DNA of 64,000 bases from the NCBI GenBank assembly GCA_051362555.1, contig CM120648.1, positions 10,412,587 through 10,476,586 on the forward strand, read 5' to 3'. The notes below the pieces were generated by a model. That model was not told the origin of the DNA, searched no databases, and was given only the letters and a program-made list of their open reading frames with translations. Made by a program: the position numbers and the translations under genes. Positions 26,508-40,350 of this stretch are shown here, piece after piece; positions within the stretch are counted from its first letter, which is position 1; every line of letters starts with the position of its first letter. The stretch is from Lingula anatina. Taxonomy: Eukaryota; Animalia; Brachiopoda.

Positions 26508-27633
26508 TTTTATATAAGATGACAAGTTCATTGATATTGTTTTTTTAAATTATTTTTAAGGTTTTTATTTGATTATTTAATTAATAATTTATTTATTTCA
26601 CTTATTTTTTATTATGAGTTAAATAATTATAAACATCAATCTCAGAATGGTTTATATTAGTTTTTAATATCATTTACTTTTGAAGAAGTATGAATTGAAT
26701 TTCCTTTTTGTCGCATATGAAAATAAATAAGATTATCATGTAGTGGCTCTCCTTGAGGCATCTTAAAGAAACTGAAAAAAAAAATAGATATTACCAGACA
26801 AGTAAAATCATGATACTACAATCAGACCATTTTCACAACTATTTTAAGTGAACTTAAAAAGACAAAGTTGAACATTTTTATTGAATATTATATGGCTTCG
26901 TTTTCACCTAATTACCATGATATTTCTGATAACTACAAAATTGTCTGACATTAGGATATTATGATGCAAGGATGCGGGTTCTGATCCACCATATTGCCTG
27001 GCTTCTGAAGATCAAGTCCGAGGCTGTGGAGAAACTAGAAGATGCAGTGGTAGAAGAGTTGAAAGCAGTTCACAAGATGTCTGAGTAAGTAAAATTCCTG
27101 AATAAACCACATTATATATTATGTCAAGTTACAGTAAGTATTGTGCTTTTCTGGAGGTTCCATGATTTTGCTAAGGAAAATGAAAAGGTTGAAAGGTAAG
27201 AAAATGAAATAGTAAATATAAATCACCTAGCAGTAGTAGATAAGGGCAATTTGTCAATTAATTACTTGTTGGGCGCAAAGATGTTATCAGTCACAAATGT
27301 ACCTCACGTGTAGCTTTTTGAGAAAAAATACAGTCATCCTTAAGTTGTTTAAAATTTCACCTGATATTTTATTTTGAAAAGTATTTTGTGAAAATTTTCA
27401 GTTTTTTTTACAGTAGCATTTTTGCATTAAATTTTTTATAAAAAAAGAAAAAAAACAACTTAACTTTTCTAGAGATGAAGTGAAAGAGAAGCAAAAAAAT
27501 GCCACTAAGAGGAAGATAAAAAGATACGCCCTAATTGGCTTAGCTGGAGTAGGAGGAGGGGCTTTGATAGGATTGACGGGTGAGGAAACAACAGTTTTGG
27601 TGGCCTGTTAGTTTTGCTTACAGAAATTTATAA

Positions 27634-27668
<35 letters not shown>

Positions 27669-29668
27669 GGTGAATTTTATTTCATTTTCAAGATACCCTG
27701 CACAGAAATAGTAAAAACCTTGAAGACACTGAAGGTCCAGAGGACCTGCAGTACAAAAAAATGTGCAGGTCCTCTCAGTTCTCTGCAGGTCTGAGTTAAT
27801 GTTTTATTTTTGTTAGTCTATCTTAATATGTGATATCTGGGGTAGCGCTAACACTAGCCAATTTAGCCAAATGCTAAAACTGACTAAAAATGGCTAAACA
27901 AAAAGGGCTTGATTTGACTTGTTTTAGTCAAATTATAACCATTTGGATAACAAATTGACAAAAAAGTGGTGATTTGGCTAAGCAAAAGAAATTGCTAGTG
28001 CTACCCCAGGATATATTATAATTGTGTATTGTTTTATCACAAAACCTCGCCAGTCCAGAGGACCTGTGATAAGAAAAAATCTTACAGATCCTCTGGCATT
28101 TCAAGCATCTAGATAGGTGCCACAAACTGTACCACAAACTGTACCACAAACCGCAACTGCACCCTTAGCAAAATATCAGGCCTGCTGCAAATTTGCTGCA
28201 ATATTGCTGCAAACTGCAATTCCTTCTTGCAAGTTTGCAGCAAATGTGCTGAAATATGGATGCATATTAGCAGCAATAACATTTTTCTTGCAAACTCATT
28301 GCCACAAACTTTTCATTTTGCCAAGGGTGACTAGCTAATATGTACTAATGTTGGTCCTCACCATCCAAGGTATTTCTTTCCACCATTGGCTCTATATTCT
28401 CACTTTCTGTATAAAAACATTCATTTTAAGATCATTAATTCTTAGATCATATAATAATATATATCTGTAGATATATATTTCACTTTTTATTTCTTTTATC
28501 TCCAGGTGGTCTGGCAGCTCCATTCTTGGCTGCCGGAGCAGGTGTTATTATAGGTGGCGCTGGTGCAGCAGCCCTGGGGACAACAGCTGGTGTCGCTATC
28601 ATTGGGTCTTTGTTTGGCGTAGCAGGGGCTGGTCTCACAGGTGAAATGATGCTCCCGTTACAATTAATTACCATTTTATATGTTGATGTGCTTGCATGGT
28701 CATTTTTTCGTAATATTTTGTTATTTCTTGGAAACACGGCTAAAAGTTACTTTGTAGACATGCAGTGTAGACATTACTAGTATGACTATGGGAAATTTTC
28801 AAAAACATGTTGATACAGTGTAAATTTAATTTTTAAGAGAAATGCCCCAATCAATAAAATTGATATATTTTGATATGACAATGGGCATCTGTGTTTTAAC
28901 TAAATCTACACACAATATTAATTATAATAATATGCTTTACATAAAAAGAGCAGCCATGCTTATTGAACCAATTATCAGAAGTTTTATTTACTATAACTTC
29001 ATTATTACTACAGGTTATAAGATGAAGAAGAGAGTTGGTGCTGTGGAAGAATTTCTGTTTGAGCCACTCTCACATGGCAATCAGCTTCACATCACCATAG
29101 CCGTCTCTGGCTGGATTACACAGAAGCAACCAGGTAACAGTGAGAGCATTCAGAACAAGTTGATCTGCGGACCAACAGATCAGGGTATCCATCATGAATC
29201 CTATAGGATTTTATAGGAAAATGGCCAAATTTCCCATAGAATCCTATAGGACTTTTTCATAAGGGATGAAATATGGCTACCCACATTAAAGCAGAACACA
29301 CTAATCTGCTGATTGTCTACCTGCCTTCGCAAGCGCTATTAAACACATAAAATCATGGCTTCGAGGTTTAATATCTAGACCCCTGCAGGGACGGCATGTG
29401 TGGTCGGCTCTGCTTTAATGTGGATTGGCCATATTTGATCCATTGATCTGTTAGTAAGCAGATCAACTTGTTCTGAATGCCACTTCATACATGCACTCAT
29501 GTGTTTGTACAAGTACAAGTGCATGGATCACACTATTAAAACATGTCTGTCACTGTCATGGAAGCTGGTTGGTATGAACTAGTATACAACTTGCAGTCTG
29601 CATATACATGTATGAAATCAAATGTTATCATAGTACTGGCAGTCTACCTTGTCAAAGTGTTGTGTAAG

Positions 29669-29706
<38 letters not shown>

Positions 29707-32045
29707 AAAAAATCACTAGTTTATTTAGAATAGGATTTGCATGTAGAGAGTGGTTGCTCTGCATTTTCATATTCATGTAAACTTTGTGGCAAGCACCTGT
29801 CTCACTATTGGTACATGTACCCATTCATTTGATGGTATTGCTGGCTTTCACCTTATGAATCATCTTTTGCAGTACTAGTACATGTATGTCTACTTTTGAT
29901 GAAATATTTCAGATTACAAGCACCCGTGGCTCACTTTGAATAATGGACAGGAACAGTTTAGCTTGAGATGGGAATCACAATACCTAATGCAGATGGGTCA
30001 AGCTATTGATTACTTGGTCAGTGCTGCAGTAAGCATGGCCGTACAAGAAACGCTGAAGACTACCATTCTGGCTGGTATGCTTATATTCAATTCAATTCAT
30101 TTCTGTACTGGTACATAAATTATCATGACCTTGTACAATATAATATAACATAATAACAGCAATACAATTGGTACATCACCATTCTCTAATTGGTAATTAT
30201 GTTGCCAATTTGTGAATGAAAAAATATATATATATTTATATGATGAACATATGTACTAGTTAAATTACACATCAAATATTCAAGCTAAGCGATGAGGTAT
30301 AACTTTCTGGTGTGATTATAATGTACACATTTTAATGCTCAATAAAATTATTATTATTATTATAAATTTACCATAAACACAAATTGTGAATCTTATGGCT
30401 ACAATCATATGTTACACAATATGGAGTTGTTCAAATTTACAAGGAAGGGAGGGAGAACTACAATCGCATAAAGAAACATGTATATATATTGGTCAAATAC
30501 AGGATTGTGTTTCTTATTGCATTTTATCTTGGCAGAGGTCTGTGCTCATGGAGTGTGCTCAAATTGACCATGTCCTAAAAACAATCTCATTAAACTGAGA
30601 GAAAAATGATTTGACACCTTTCTGTACAAAGAGAGTGTCCACTGCATGACCAAATTAGTAATTCTTGTGCCGAAAGGTATGGGACCATTTCTCTCATGTT
30701 TGGTTACAGTGTACACTAAAGGCAATTCCATAATTTTATTCTTGTCTCTTGTTTGAATATGACAGCTGTGTCCTTTTGTTACACCGTCGTGGTCAAGTGT
30801 CTTATAAAAATGACACAGAGAACTGACTAGAGAGTTTTCAGCATGTAACAGTGTAGAAAAGAGAGTGATTTATTCTGAGTAAGTTCAGATAGTACACGTT
30901 CACCTATCAGAGCAAGTTTTACAATGAACAGATGTACCTATTAGTTACCAATCCGGTAAGATCATACAATGTTACAGAAAAAGATTGTACACGACTCTTA
31001 AGAGATTATTACAGAGTGTAGCCGTCTATGGAGGTCACGTGGTCCGATGACAAGCTCAGACATCAGAATAATAGCTGTAACTGCCGTTTTTTTTGTTTTT
31101 TTTTTTTGGTAAAACAGAATATATTTTATTTCTATGAGTTGCTTACAATGTTTTTATTGTGAAATATAGATCTCATACAAAGAGTTATTATCCCTTTAAG
31201 CGGCTCTTACTCTTACTATTGCTTAGTAGCTTCAGTGGGTGTGCCAGACATCTAAGCCACTTAAGCTGAAAGCAGTTTAGTTAGAATCCCCTCGGAGATG
31301 GAACAATCCTGCTAGAACGATCTAGGTATGGGAATGAGGTCTTAAAGAGACATCTACTGGTAGCAATACAAAACAATCTCAACTAACACAGTGCACAAAC
31401 TCAGCCAACACTTCAAATTTCAGGTATCCTCACCGTGGCAGCATGGCCATCAGCACTGATCACAGTGGCTGGTAGCAATACAAAACAATCTCAACTAACA
31501 CAATACACAAACTCAACCACCATGTCACATTTCCAGGTATCCTCACTGCAATAGCATGGCCATCAGCACTGGTCACAGTGTCAGGGGTGATCGACAATCC
31601 TTGGAGCGTGTGTACTAATAGAGCTGCCGAGGCAGGTCGGCAACTAGCAGAAGTCCTGTTGTCAAGGCAACAGGTAATTTAAGCAGAATCAGATTTGATG
31701 TCAGCATACTGGCCAAAAACGTAAATCAGTACAAATTTGAGTTCAAAAGAATGAGAGGTCCTCACATGAAATTCTATTCCCATAGGCACACAAACACAGT
31801 CTTGTATGCATACTATAATATATTCAATGTATGCTTGCTGTAATGTATTTTTTAGTTATTTTTTTTCAGTCTGAATAAATTTAAAATAATGAAATATCCT
31901 TCATTTAGAGTAACTATTCTTTATTCATTTGATAAAACTGGTTTGGTGTTTTAGGGCAAGAGGCCAGTCACCTTGATTGGGTTTAGCCTGGGAGCACGCT
32001 TGATATTCTGTTGTTTAACAGAGCTAGCCAAGAGAAAAGGTAATA

Positions 32046-32085
<40 letters not shown>

Positions 32086-32138
32086 ACACACACACTGAAA
32101 TGCAATTATCACACTGAGACTGAAAAACATTTCTTTCC

Positions 32139-32188
<50 letters not shown>

Positions 32189-32297
32189 TGCAGAGAGAGA
32201 CACACTTTTCTTTTCCTCTCTCTCTTTTTCTCTCTCTCTCTGACACACACACACTGAAATGCAATTATCACATTGAGACTGAAAAACATTTCTTTCC

Positions 32298-32348
<51 letters not shown>

Positions 32349-32385
32349 GCAGAGAGAGACGCACTATTCTTTTCCTCTCTCTCTC

Positions 32386-32426
<41 letters not shown>

Positions 32427-35400
32427 TGAATATCATCATTATGTATATGATAATTTTTGTATTTATTCAAAAAGGTTAACAACAGGTGAAACATTGATTT
32501 AAGCCTTGCTGATGAAGGGAAACAGTTAAACCATAGAAGCTGAAGTATTAGCATAATTAACATGAAGTACGGAAACTTATTTCCCCACTCTCACTACAGG
32601 AAAAAAATGACCAATATTCTGATTTAGTTTGTGATTTTTTATGTATGCTAGCATTATTTTAAAAATCTATAGAAATTGTCTGTTAATGATTGCATTATAT
32701 TGAAGATGGTGTCTTTTCTAAAATTGAGTTTTTTTTTTTTTTTTTTTTTTTTTTTGTACCCCCACAAATATTACTCACAATTGAATATTTTTGCACAGCA
32801 ATTAGGAAAAGTTGTTCCATTTTGATAAAGGTAGTGATATTTCATATTTATAATAATCATCTTTGTCCTTATTATTTTATGATAAAGGTCATGGAAATTA
32901 CATAAATTATTGTCCAAAAGCTCTGACAAAAACATCAAGATTTTAGTGCTTTTTATTGGACAAAAACTGAGGTCAAATAAAATAAAACAAATAGATTCTT
33001 AGGTTGTTTAGGATATTTTAGTAATCAGGATATCCAAGTTATTATAAATCGAAGATCTGGGAGAACAAAATATGCTCTAGTAAATGAGACCATTGAACAG
33101 TTAAACTTTGTTTAATCAATAATAAGAAATATAATAAGTGATAATGCACTGTGAACACCAATAATGTTGTTTTGAGGATGAGGATTTGAAGCCGATTTCT
33201 GGATTTACACCTTTTTCAAAAGCAGCTAATTGTTCACACTGTATGTAGAAGTAAACTAATCAAAGGAGATATAACATGAAAAATTTAGAGATGCAAGTTT
33301 ATGTAAAAGGAAAAGCACTGAACTTGTTTCACTAGCATTTTCACCCCTTTTGAGACTCATAGAGTTACCATTATAATTGATATTTCTTTTATCCACTCAC
33401 ACAAACACACATGCACACACACACACACAGACACCTGTGCACTGATTTTAATTGTATATAATGCAAGGAATTATGTACATATGCACAATGACATATTGCA
33501 AAAAAAAAGAAAAGAAAAAAAATTGAGGAGAGACAACTTAAAACATTCTTTTACATGCACCCTTTTTTTATGCAGATATGTATCTCTTCTATAGAACCAA
33601 TTTGTATTCAAAATAACAATTATTATAATTATAAAAGGAAGAGGCACATGGTTCACACTCTTACTCTGTTAATTAGTATGATATTATATGCATATATTTT
33701 TTAATTAATTGTTCTAAAAATTAAATACTTTTTTTATTGATATTTCAGGATGTGAAGGTATTATAGAAGATGTAATACTTTTGGGAGCACCTGTGTCTGG
33801 GCATCCCAAACACTGGGAGCCTCTCTCCAGAGTTGTGGCAGGGAAAATTATTAATGTCTACTCCAGGTGAGAGGGCATAATTAGAGTGATCCATATCTGT
33901 TTTCTTAAAATGTATTTGTAATCCAAATTGGAGGGAGGGTGGTATTATAAGAGGATGCACAAAAATTGTGTGATTGCTTTAAATGCAGAATCATAGTAAC
34001 TTGTTTTTTTTTTCTTACTCTTTTTATATTATCACTTTTTTAAAACAGGTTTGTTTGACAGTTTATTATTATTGTTGTTGTTGTTATTATTAAATAATAC
34101 TTTTTAAAACAGGTAAAAGTGACTGTTCATAATAATAATAATTATTGTTATTATTTTTGACCATTTTCACAGATCTGACTGGGTGTTGAAGTTTCTCTAC
34201 AGAACAGCCTCTGTTCAGTTCAGTATAGCAGGTCTGGCACCAGTGAAGTGGCACAATAGAAGGTTGATGAACTTTGACCTCACAGATGTGGTAAGGGGCC
34301 TTAACCTGATGTCTGCTCTTAGCAAATGGAAAGGTTTGCTTAAAGCAGTTAGCAGGAGTTTGCGAGAAAATATTTATTGCTGCTAATTTGCAGCAAATTT
34401 GCAGCAAATTTGCAAGAAGGAAATGCAGTTTGCAGCAATCTTGCAGTAAATTTGCTGCAAACTCGCAGGCCTGATAGTTTGATAAGGGTAATACAAATGA
34501 TCGTGGTGATGGTGTTGAATCAGCAATTATGTAATTTTTATTATTTTTTTGCTTGTACCTCAAATTTTTATATTTTAAGACAGGACACATTTATCAGTAT
34601 ATGCATGTGTACTAGTACTAATATGTAATAATCATATTATGCCTACTGCTATTTTTGATTATGTTTAATATCAAATCTAAATATTTACATTCCATGTATA
34701 TATTAGGGTTATGTTTCACCCAAATTATGTTTCCAGTAGCACACAAATGACTGAAATGTTCACACTGTCCAATGCATGGCGTCATAAACTTGTATGTAAT
34801 TCATATATGTATTAGATAATTTAACATCTTTTAATCAGGATTAAAAAAAACTGTTTTAGTGAAGGTATTTCGTTTGCTATGAAAATATGCATACAGTAGC
34901 ATACAATATCACTGTGACTCTTCATGTGTTAAAGGGATAATAACTCTTCGTTTTGGCCAAAAAATGAATTTTTCCTGGAGTAAACAACAATTTTCCCATA
35001 CTTACCAATGGTTAATGAATCCATTTTTACATTCAAAGTTAGTCCCTGGTTTTTTTCTAAAAAGTTTGTTTTTTTGTTAAAATCTCTTAAGAGATTTTAA
35101 CAGAGTATAGCCATCAATGGAGGTCATGTGGTCTAAAGACAAGCTCAGATATCAGAATAATAGCTTTAACTGCCATTTTTGTGGTAAAACAGAATATATT
35201 ATATTTCTATGAGTTATTCACAATGTTTTTTTTGTGAAATATAGATCTCATACGAAGAGTTATTATCCCTTTAATTAGTCAACTTTTTTTTTCCATTAGG
35301 TTAAAAACCACATGGACTATCATAAGAAAATGGAAACTATTCTGAAGATCATTGGAGTGAAGACCAGGCCACAGAAGATTGGCAAACTTTCTGTTGGATT

Positions 35401-36386
35401 GGTTCAAAGTAGCAGCAAGTCTCTTCCAGTATGTCAAGTTTTTATATATTATATATTAGTACATGACATACTATACCCAGTACAGTAAACTTCTGTCCAT
35501 TTTGTCATTTACAGGTTTATATGCTGGTATAATTATGTATGTCCGCCCATGGAAAGGATCGTACAGATTTTTTTTTTTTTTTTTTTTTTTGGTGTGGGGG
35601 TGGGGGGAATGATATGACCCCAATAAGGTCAACCTTCAGTAATATGTAATAGGTGCAATGAACCACAGTGTTGTTTTGTGGGTTCTATGTATGTAGTGCT
35701 TAACACCATTAATATTATTTAAATTTAATACATCTTCCGAACAGAAATTGAGAGCATATTGACAGGTTAAAAAAATATACTGATCTTTTCAACACAAAAT
35801 GCATTAATGATTTTGAGATACCTGCAATTTCAAATTGGAATATGTGAACTAGCTTCTTATAATTGTCTCTGATGGCCCATCATGCACACATTTTTCCTAT
35901 AATTAGGTGAAAGAAACAGAAGAAAGTTCTACCTCGTCAGACAGCAGTGATAGCCATTCCATCACTCAGCATTCTTCTCCAACGTCCAGCAACACATCTG
36001 CCAGTGGTGGAGAAGAAACTGGGAATCCATTGCAGAGAGACATAGATGACACTATACTGCCAAGAGAAGCCAGTGAGACTAATACGTCAGATATAGATGG
36101 CGCCACCATAGGTTCAACAGAAGCTGAGCCCCAGGATGTGTGCAGGACAGATACAGGGAATGGCCATGAGTGCTTAAGTTCAAGAGCCAGTGAAAACAAT
36201 TCGGCTCCTGTGGAGAATGTAGAAGATACAGCTCATTTGCTGCAGAAACTCCATACATCTGAAATAACCCAACAAATTGCAACTGAAGGTGGCAGCACAT
36301 TATCAAGAGGAGACCAGAATGGTGAGGATGTGACACATAATTGTACAAATGGCAGCTCATCAAGTGAAGCCATTCCACGTTCTTAA
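21257..36386 (+). CDS. TMCO4: Transmembrane and coiled-coil domain protein 4 (DUF726, lipase-like); exons 21257-21335, 22911-23079, 23531-23588, 24004-24151, 26955-27084, 27473-27579, 28506-28640, 29014-29133, 29913-30074, 31537-31673, 31955-32039, 33749-33866, 34173-34290, 35300-35428, 35907-36386
   Basis: Spliced frame contains YDARMRVL, IGLAGVGGGALIGLTGGLAAP, GSLFGVAGAGLTGYKMKKRVG, LRWES, IDNPW, RPVTLIGFSLGAR (GxSxG), LLGAP, SDWVL and NHMDY, then an acidic Ser/Thr-rich tail. All introns are GT-AG and phase-compatible. Confidence 0.92.
27837..28009. mobile_element. MITE, TIR CTGGGGTAGC, 5-bp TSD GATAT (TMCO4 intron 6)
   Basis: gatat|ctggggtagc...gctaccccag|gatat. Confidence 0.7.
28162..28328 (+). 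repeat. Interspersed GCAAATTTGCTGC-rich element; inverted copy at 34315-34489
   Basis: The reverse complement of 34315-34489 aligns along its length (cccttatcaaactatcaggcctgc...). Confidence 0.7.
29146..29481. mobile_element. Fold-back MITE (GCATTCAGAACAAGTTGATCTGC termini); diverged relative at about 61165-61365
   Basis: Perfect 23-bp inverted ends plus an inner inverted pair aatatggc..ccacattaaagcag / ctgctttaatgtgg..ccatatt. Confidence 0.65.
32048..32426. repeat. Tandem duplication of a roughly 175-bp unit built from (CT)n/(CA)n tracts
   Basis: ctgaaatgcaattatcaca..gagactgaaaaacatttctttccc occurs twice, each with its microsatellites. Confidence 0.85.
34933..35270. mobile_element. Complete Kolobok-like MITE with TTAA TSD; partial copies near 6520-6682, 15860-16095, 25550-25900 and 31000-31199
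   Basis: ttaa|agggataataactcttcg...cgaagagttattatccct|ttaa; the internal ggtca(c/t)gtggtc..gacaagc..agat motif is shared with several partial copies. Confidence 0.75.
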
Positions 36387-36754
36387 GGGAGTTAATTGAC
36401 TTCAAATTGTTATACCAAATAAATATCAGCAAAAAAAAAAAAAAAAACTCCATCATCAATGTACAGACACAGTACATACTCATAGTTACATAGCAGTTTC
36501 TCCTAACATCATCTCTAGTTCAAAGTTATTACTACTGCCATGTCCACCTGCACTCCTAGGCATAGCACTTGTACTAGACTGGGTATACTTAATATGTGCA
36601 ATATCATCTTTACCTGACCAAATGATTTTATGAGACATTTATATATTGGAATCATTGTTAGCAGTCATACCTGAAAGTCTTGAGTTTAAACTGTTGTTTG
36701 TGGTAACTATTATTTGAATTATTTCAGTTATTTGAAATATCATGTTAACATAAA

Positions 36755-36995
36755 GGCTACGTTCACATGAAAAATCTGTTTTCTAAAAATCTATTTGCGG
36801 CATCTTGTGATCACGGTCTGTGCCCTGAATACCCCACGGCGTAATTACTGGCAGCGCCGAGAATTAATTACAGCTTTGGAAGTAACTGGCTCGCGCTGCC
36901 CATAATTACGCCGTGGGGTATTCAGGGCACAGACCGTGATCACAAGATACCGCAACTAGATATTTAGAAAATAGATTTTTCACGTGAACGCAGCC
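36755..36995. mobile_element. Fully palindromic Harbinger-like MITE downstream of the TMCO4 stop; second copy 46969-47226
   Basis: ggct..gttcac...gatcacggtctgtgccctgaata pairs with tattcagggcacagaccgtgatc...gtgaac..agcc. Confidence 0.8.
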
Positions 36996-37981
36996 AAAGA
37001 GTGATTCATGTGATTGCACAGGGTTGTGGTGACTCATATAGGAGAGTATGTATATGTGTACTGGTATATTGTTCACTGTGTACCAATGGCCTCATTTCTC
37101 TATGGTAAGGTGGAAGAAGAGGCACTTGACATTTAATCAAGAGCCCATTACCATGAGCGCATTTCCAAAATGTTCGTAATCTTCCTAAACGAGCCTCTAA
37201 GAGACTTTTTATCTTCACAGATGTTTTCATTTCAGTACCTACGAGCTCACGAATTTTTTCGATTAGCAAAGCAATAATGAATAAATTATTTATACATGTA
37301 ATTCAGTCTACGATTGTTACATTGAGTGCTTGGGGAAATCATTTTTATGAGTGTAATTTCCACATTTTTCGTCACAAGAAATCATCAGCTTGAAACTGTT
37401 CTGAAGTCTTTTTTTTAGGTACTAGGTTATTAAGGGAACGGCCACCGTAGTAATACATTTAATTGCATAATTAAAGATCACACTCATGACATTTACTAGA
37501 ACGAAGCACACTGTATAGAGATTGAGAGTGTAAAACGGCATGAGGGCGAATTATTGTCACAGATTACCTTTTTTAAATGGATTTTGTTCACGTTTCTGAG
37601 ATGTTCCCGTTCATTCTCAAAATGTTGCATGTTACTTCCACTGAAAAATTTTTTCGCCGTATTAGTTCTAGACTATGTTCCTTTAGTTTGGCAAGTCACT
37701 CGCAAATCTCTCGCCAATCTCAGTATCCGTTGGTACCATGGCAGCGTCGCATTTGGGAGGGGGGGGGCTGTTGACAATCTTGAAATGTAAGCAATTTTAA
37801 AAAAATATTTTATTAAAATAAATGAAAGAGAGTTCATACAGAGAGTTGCTGGAGTCTGGGTGAAATGTAAAATCGGATCAGTTCAGGGGAACTAAAGATC
37901 CATTTATTTATTATTTATGCTTATACATGTATGTATAAAGGTATGTATGTATGATGATTTATTTTTTACTCGTTCATTCTT

Positions 37982-38025
<44 letters not shown>

Positions 38026-38030
38026 TATAT

Positions 38031-38061
<31 letters not shown>

Positions 38062-38413
38062 TTTTTATTTTTTTTGTATACCATGTTCTCATCCCAGTAT
38101 TTTATGTTGTGATCTGGGTGTAAGCCGACAATCTGGAGTATTCTATTTGACATTGTTTCTTAGAAACGTGATGCTATGGCGTGCAGTCAGCTAAGTACGA
38201 CCATTCAAACATGTCATAAAGATTGATAAAAGCAGGCTTTCTTTGTTTTAGGCGTATATTACAGGTTGGTCTCATTATTGAAGAACGGCAGTTTGTTTCC
38301 GTAATGCCTATTACTACAGGTTAATTACGGGGCCTGGTGCTTTGACGAAAGCAATATTATACCCATAGACTTGAAAGCTTCCCATAGTTGCCATGCTCTT
38401 GCTTTCTAACTTA

Positions 38414-38638
38414 GACCCCATTTCCACAGATTTTAGATCGATCTATCCGTGTGGGGAGTCTCACTAGATTACTGCCAGCTTAGTCGGCTTAAGCATCTGT
38501 CCCGCCTACTAAAAGCTTTAAGAGGGTAATTAACTGTGGTGCGCGCTCGGCTGACTGCAATTTAGCGTGAACCCCCAGGGAGATAGGTCGGTCTAAATCT
38601 AAATCTCTGGATCGATCTAAATCTCTGGGAATTAACCC
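38414..38638. mobile_element. PIF/Harbinger-like MITE (TAGATCGATCTA family), TTA TSD; copies at 45320-45533, 46403-46623, 46740-46965, 63739-63851 and a partial one at 31200-31343
   Basis: tta|gaccccatttcca.agattttagatcgatcta...gatcgatctaaatctctgggaattaaccc|tta; 3-bp TTA/TAA duplications flank the full copies. Confidence 0.8.
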
Positions 38639-40033
38639 TTAGGCCCATATCTGGTAACGTTTTGAAGCTTTTGCAAGTATAAATGTATCTTATATCAATA
38701 AAAAATTAGATTATTGTATAAACATTTTTATAATAAGATTATTAAAACAAACTGATGAGGTTTTAAAGCTGTTGCAAGTAAAAAAATTTATTAGGAAATA
38801 AATAAATGAAATTAATTAATTAATATTAATAAAAAAAATATTTATGTTAATAAAACAAATTAAGAAAACGATTTCCAACAGTTTCACAGAAATTTTACTG
38901 CAAACCGATGTTTATCATCCCTAAATAGCAACGAAAGAGGGTTACTGACATAAAAAAGAGTTTTCATGAAACTCGGATACATGGCAACCCAGCATTTACC
39001 CATTATCGCATTATGGTAAATTATAAACCCGTTGAAGCCCAGGTGTGCCTTGGTAATTAACGAAAAATGTGAAAATTTCGAAAATTGAAGTTTTGCTGTA
39101 CAAATGGGAATTGTATGGATTGAATGGTTTCTTGGTGCGGTTTGCTACATCAATACTGATTTTTCAATTATAATTTTGATACCGATCCCTTTAATGCAAA
39201 TGTCAAGTTCATCTCTTCAATTGATCCAAATTTGAAAGGTAATAATGTATCAAAATGCATTTTCAGGTTAACTTGTTTCATTCCGTTTACCGTTTAATTC
39301 CATTTACCAAACATTGTGCATTTTCATCTCATTTAAAGATTTCGAAATTTTATAATTTTACAAAGTGTATAGTGCTAGTATTCCCGTTGGCAGTGGTAGT
39401 TAACGAATTATTTATCAAGACTTGTTTAGCAACGCTAGGCTAGTTAGCGCATGGGATGTACCAGTAGCAGCTAAACGCGAAAACACCTGTTCATGGCAAA
39501 GTCGTTAATTGGAGCTTAACATTAATGCTTACCAAATTTTATGTGACAATCTCTTCACTTTCAATGAGGACGGTCAGAAAACGCTAGACCACCTGTCAAG
39601 TTACGTTTTTATCAAATCCCCATATTCTAGTATTTCTTGAAAGGGTATACCGGATTGTGATTGGTCTGCTTTTAACATTAGACCAAAATGTTAAAATCTG
39701 AACTCTTTGATACTTGCTAAAATGCATAAAGCTGTATTTTATTTCCACTTCACAAACATCTATCAACACGCTCTTACTCCTTTTTTTCAAGTATTTCACT
39801 TTTTTGCCAAGTTTAATCTAACAAAAATGCGTGCAAAAATTACAAACAAAATATCAAGCAATGCAATAGTATGCCTTAACGCTGAAAATTTTAGTGCGTC
39901 CATTTACCACTCCTATATACTTTTGTTTGTTTGTTTTCTGACGAAAAACCGTAAAGAGACACAACCATAATTCAAATTCTAAAAGCTGATAAAGAAATAA
40001 ACAAATCTTAGAAATTCCATGGAAAATTGTAAA

Positions 40034-40073
<40 letters not shown>

Positions 40074-40350
40074 AAGAAAGAAAGAAAGAAAAAATATTCA
40101 TCTGGGGTCGGTATGATGTACTAAAATTAACCTTATAACGTTGAAACCATAACTTGAACGGCAAGTTCAGATATTTTTCATGACTAAACAATGTCAAGGT
40201 CTAATATCAAATGAATTTGTACCACCGCACTTTTCTTAAGTTAAAATTTCAGATAAAAAGAGGTTAGAAATGCGTGTTTATTTTCTTAAACGGTTGTTGA
40301 AGCGGTTTTTGGCTTATGAGATCGGCAGGAACCCCTTAAGCAGGAGACCC

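Noticed and set aside
32024-32502. ORFs rich in ERER/HTHT/SLSL (also at 16136-16476 and 45692-45940)
   Set aside because: They are translations of dinucleotide microsatellites.
36431-36447. A-run after AATAAA suggesting a processed retrocopy of TMCO4
   Set aside because: The gene retains 14 introns, and long homopolymer runs are common across this window (for example 7154-7203).
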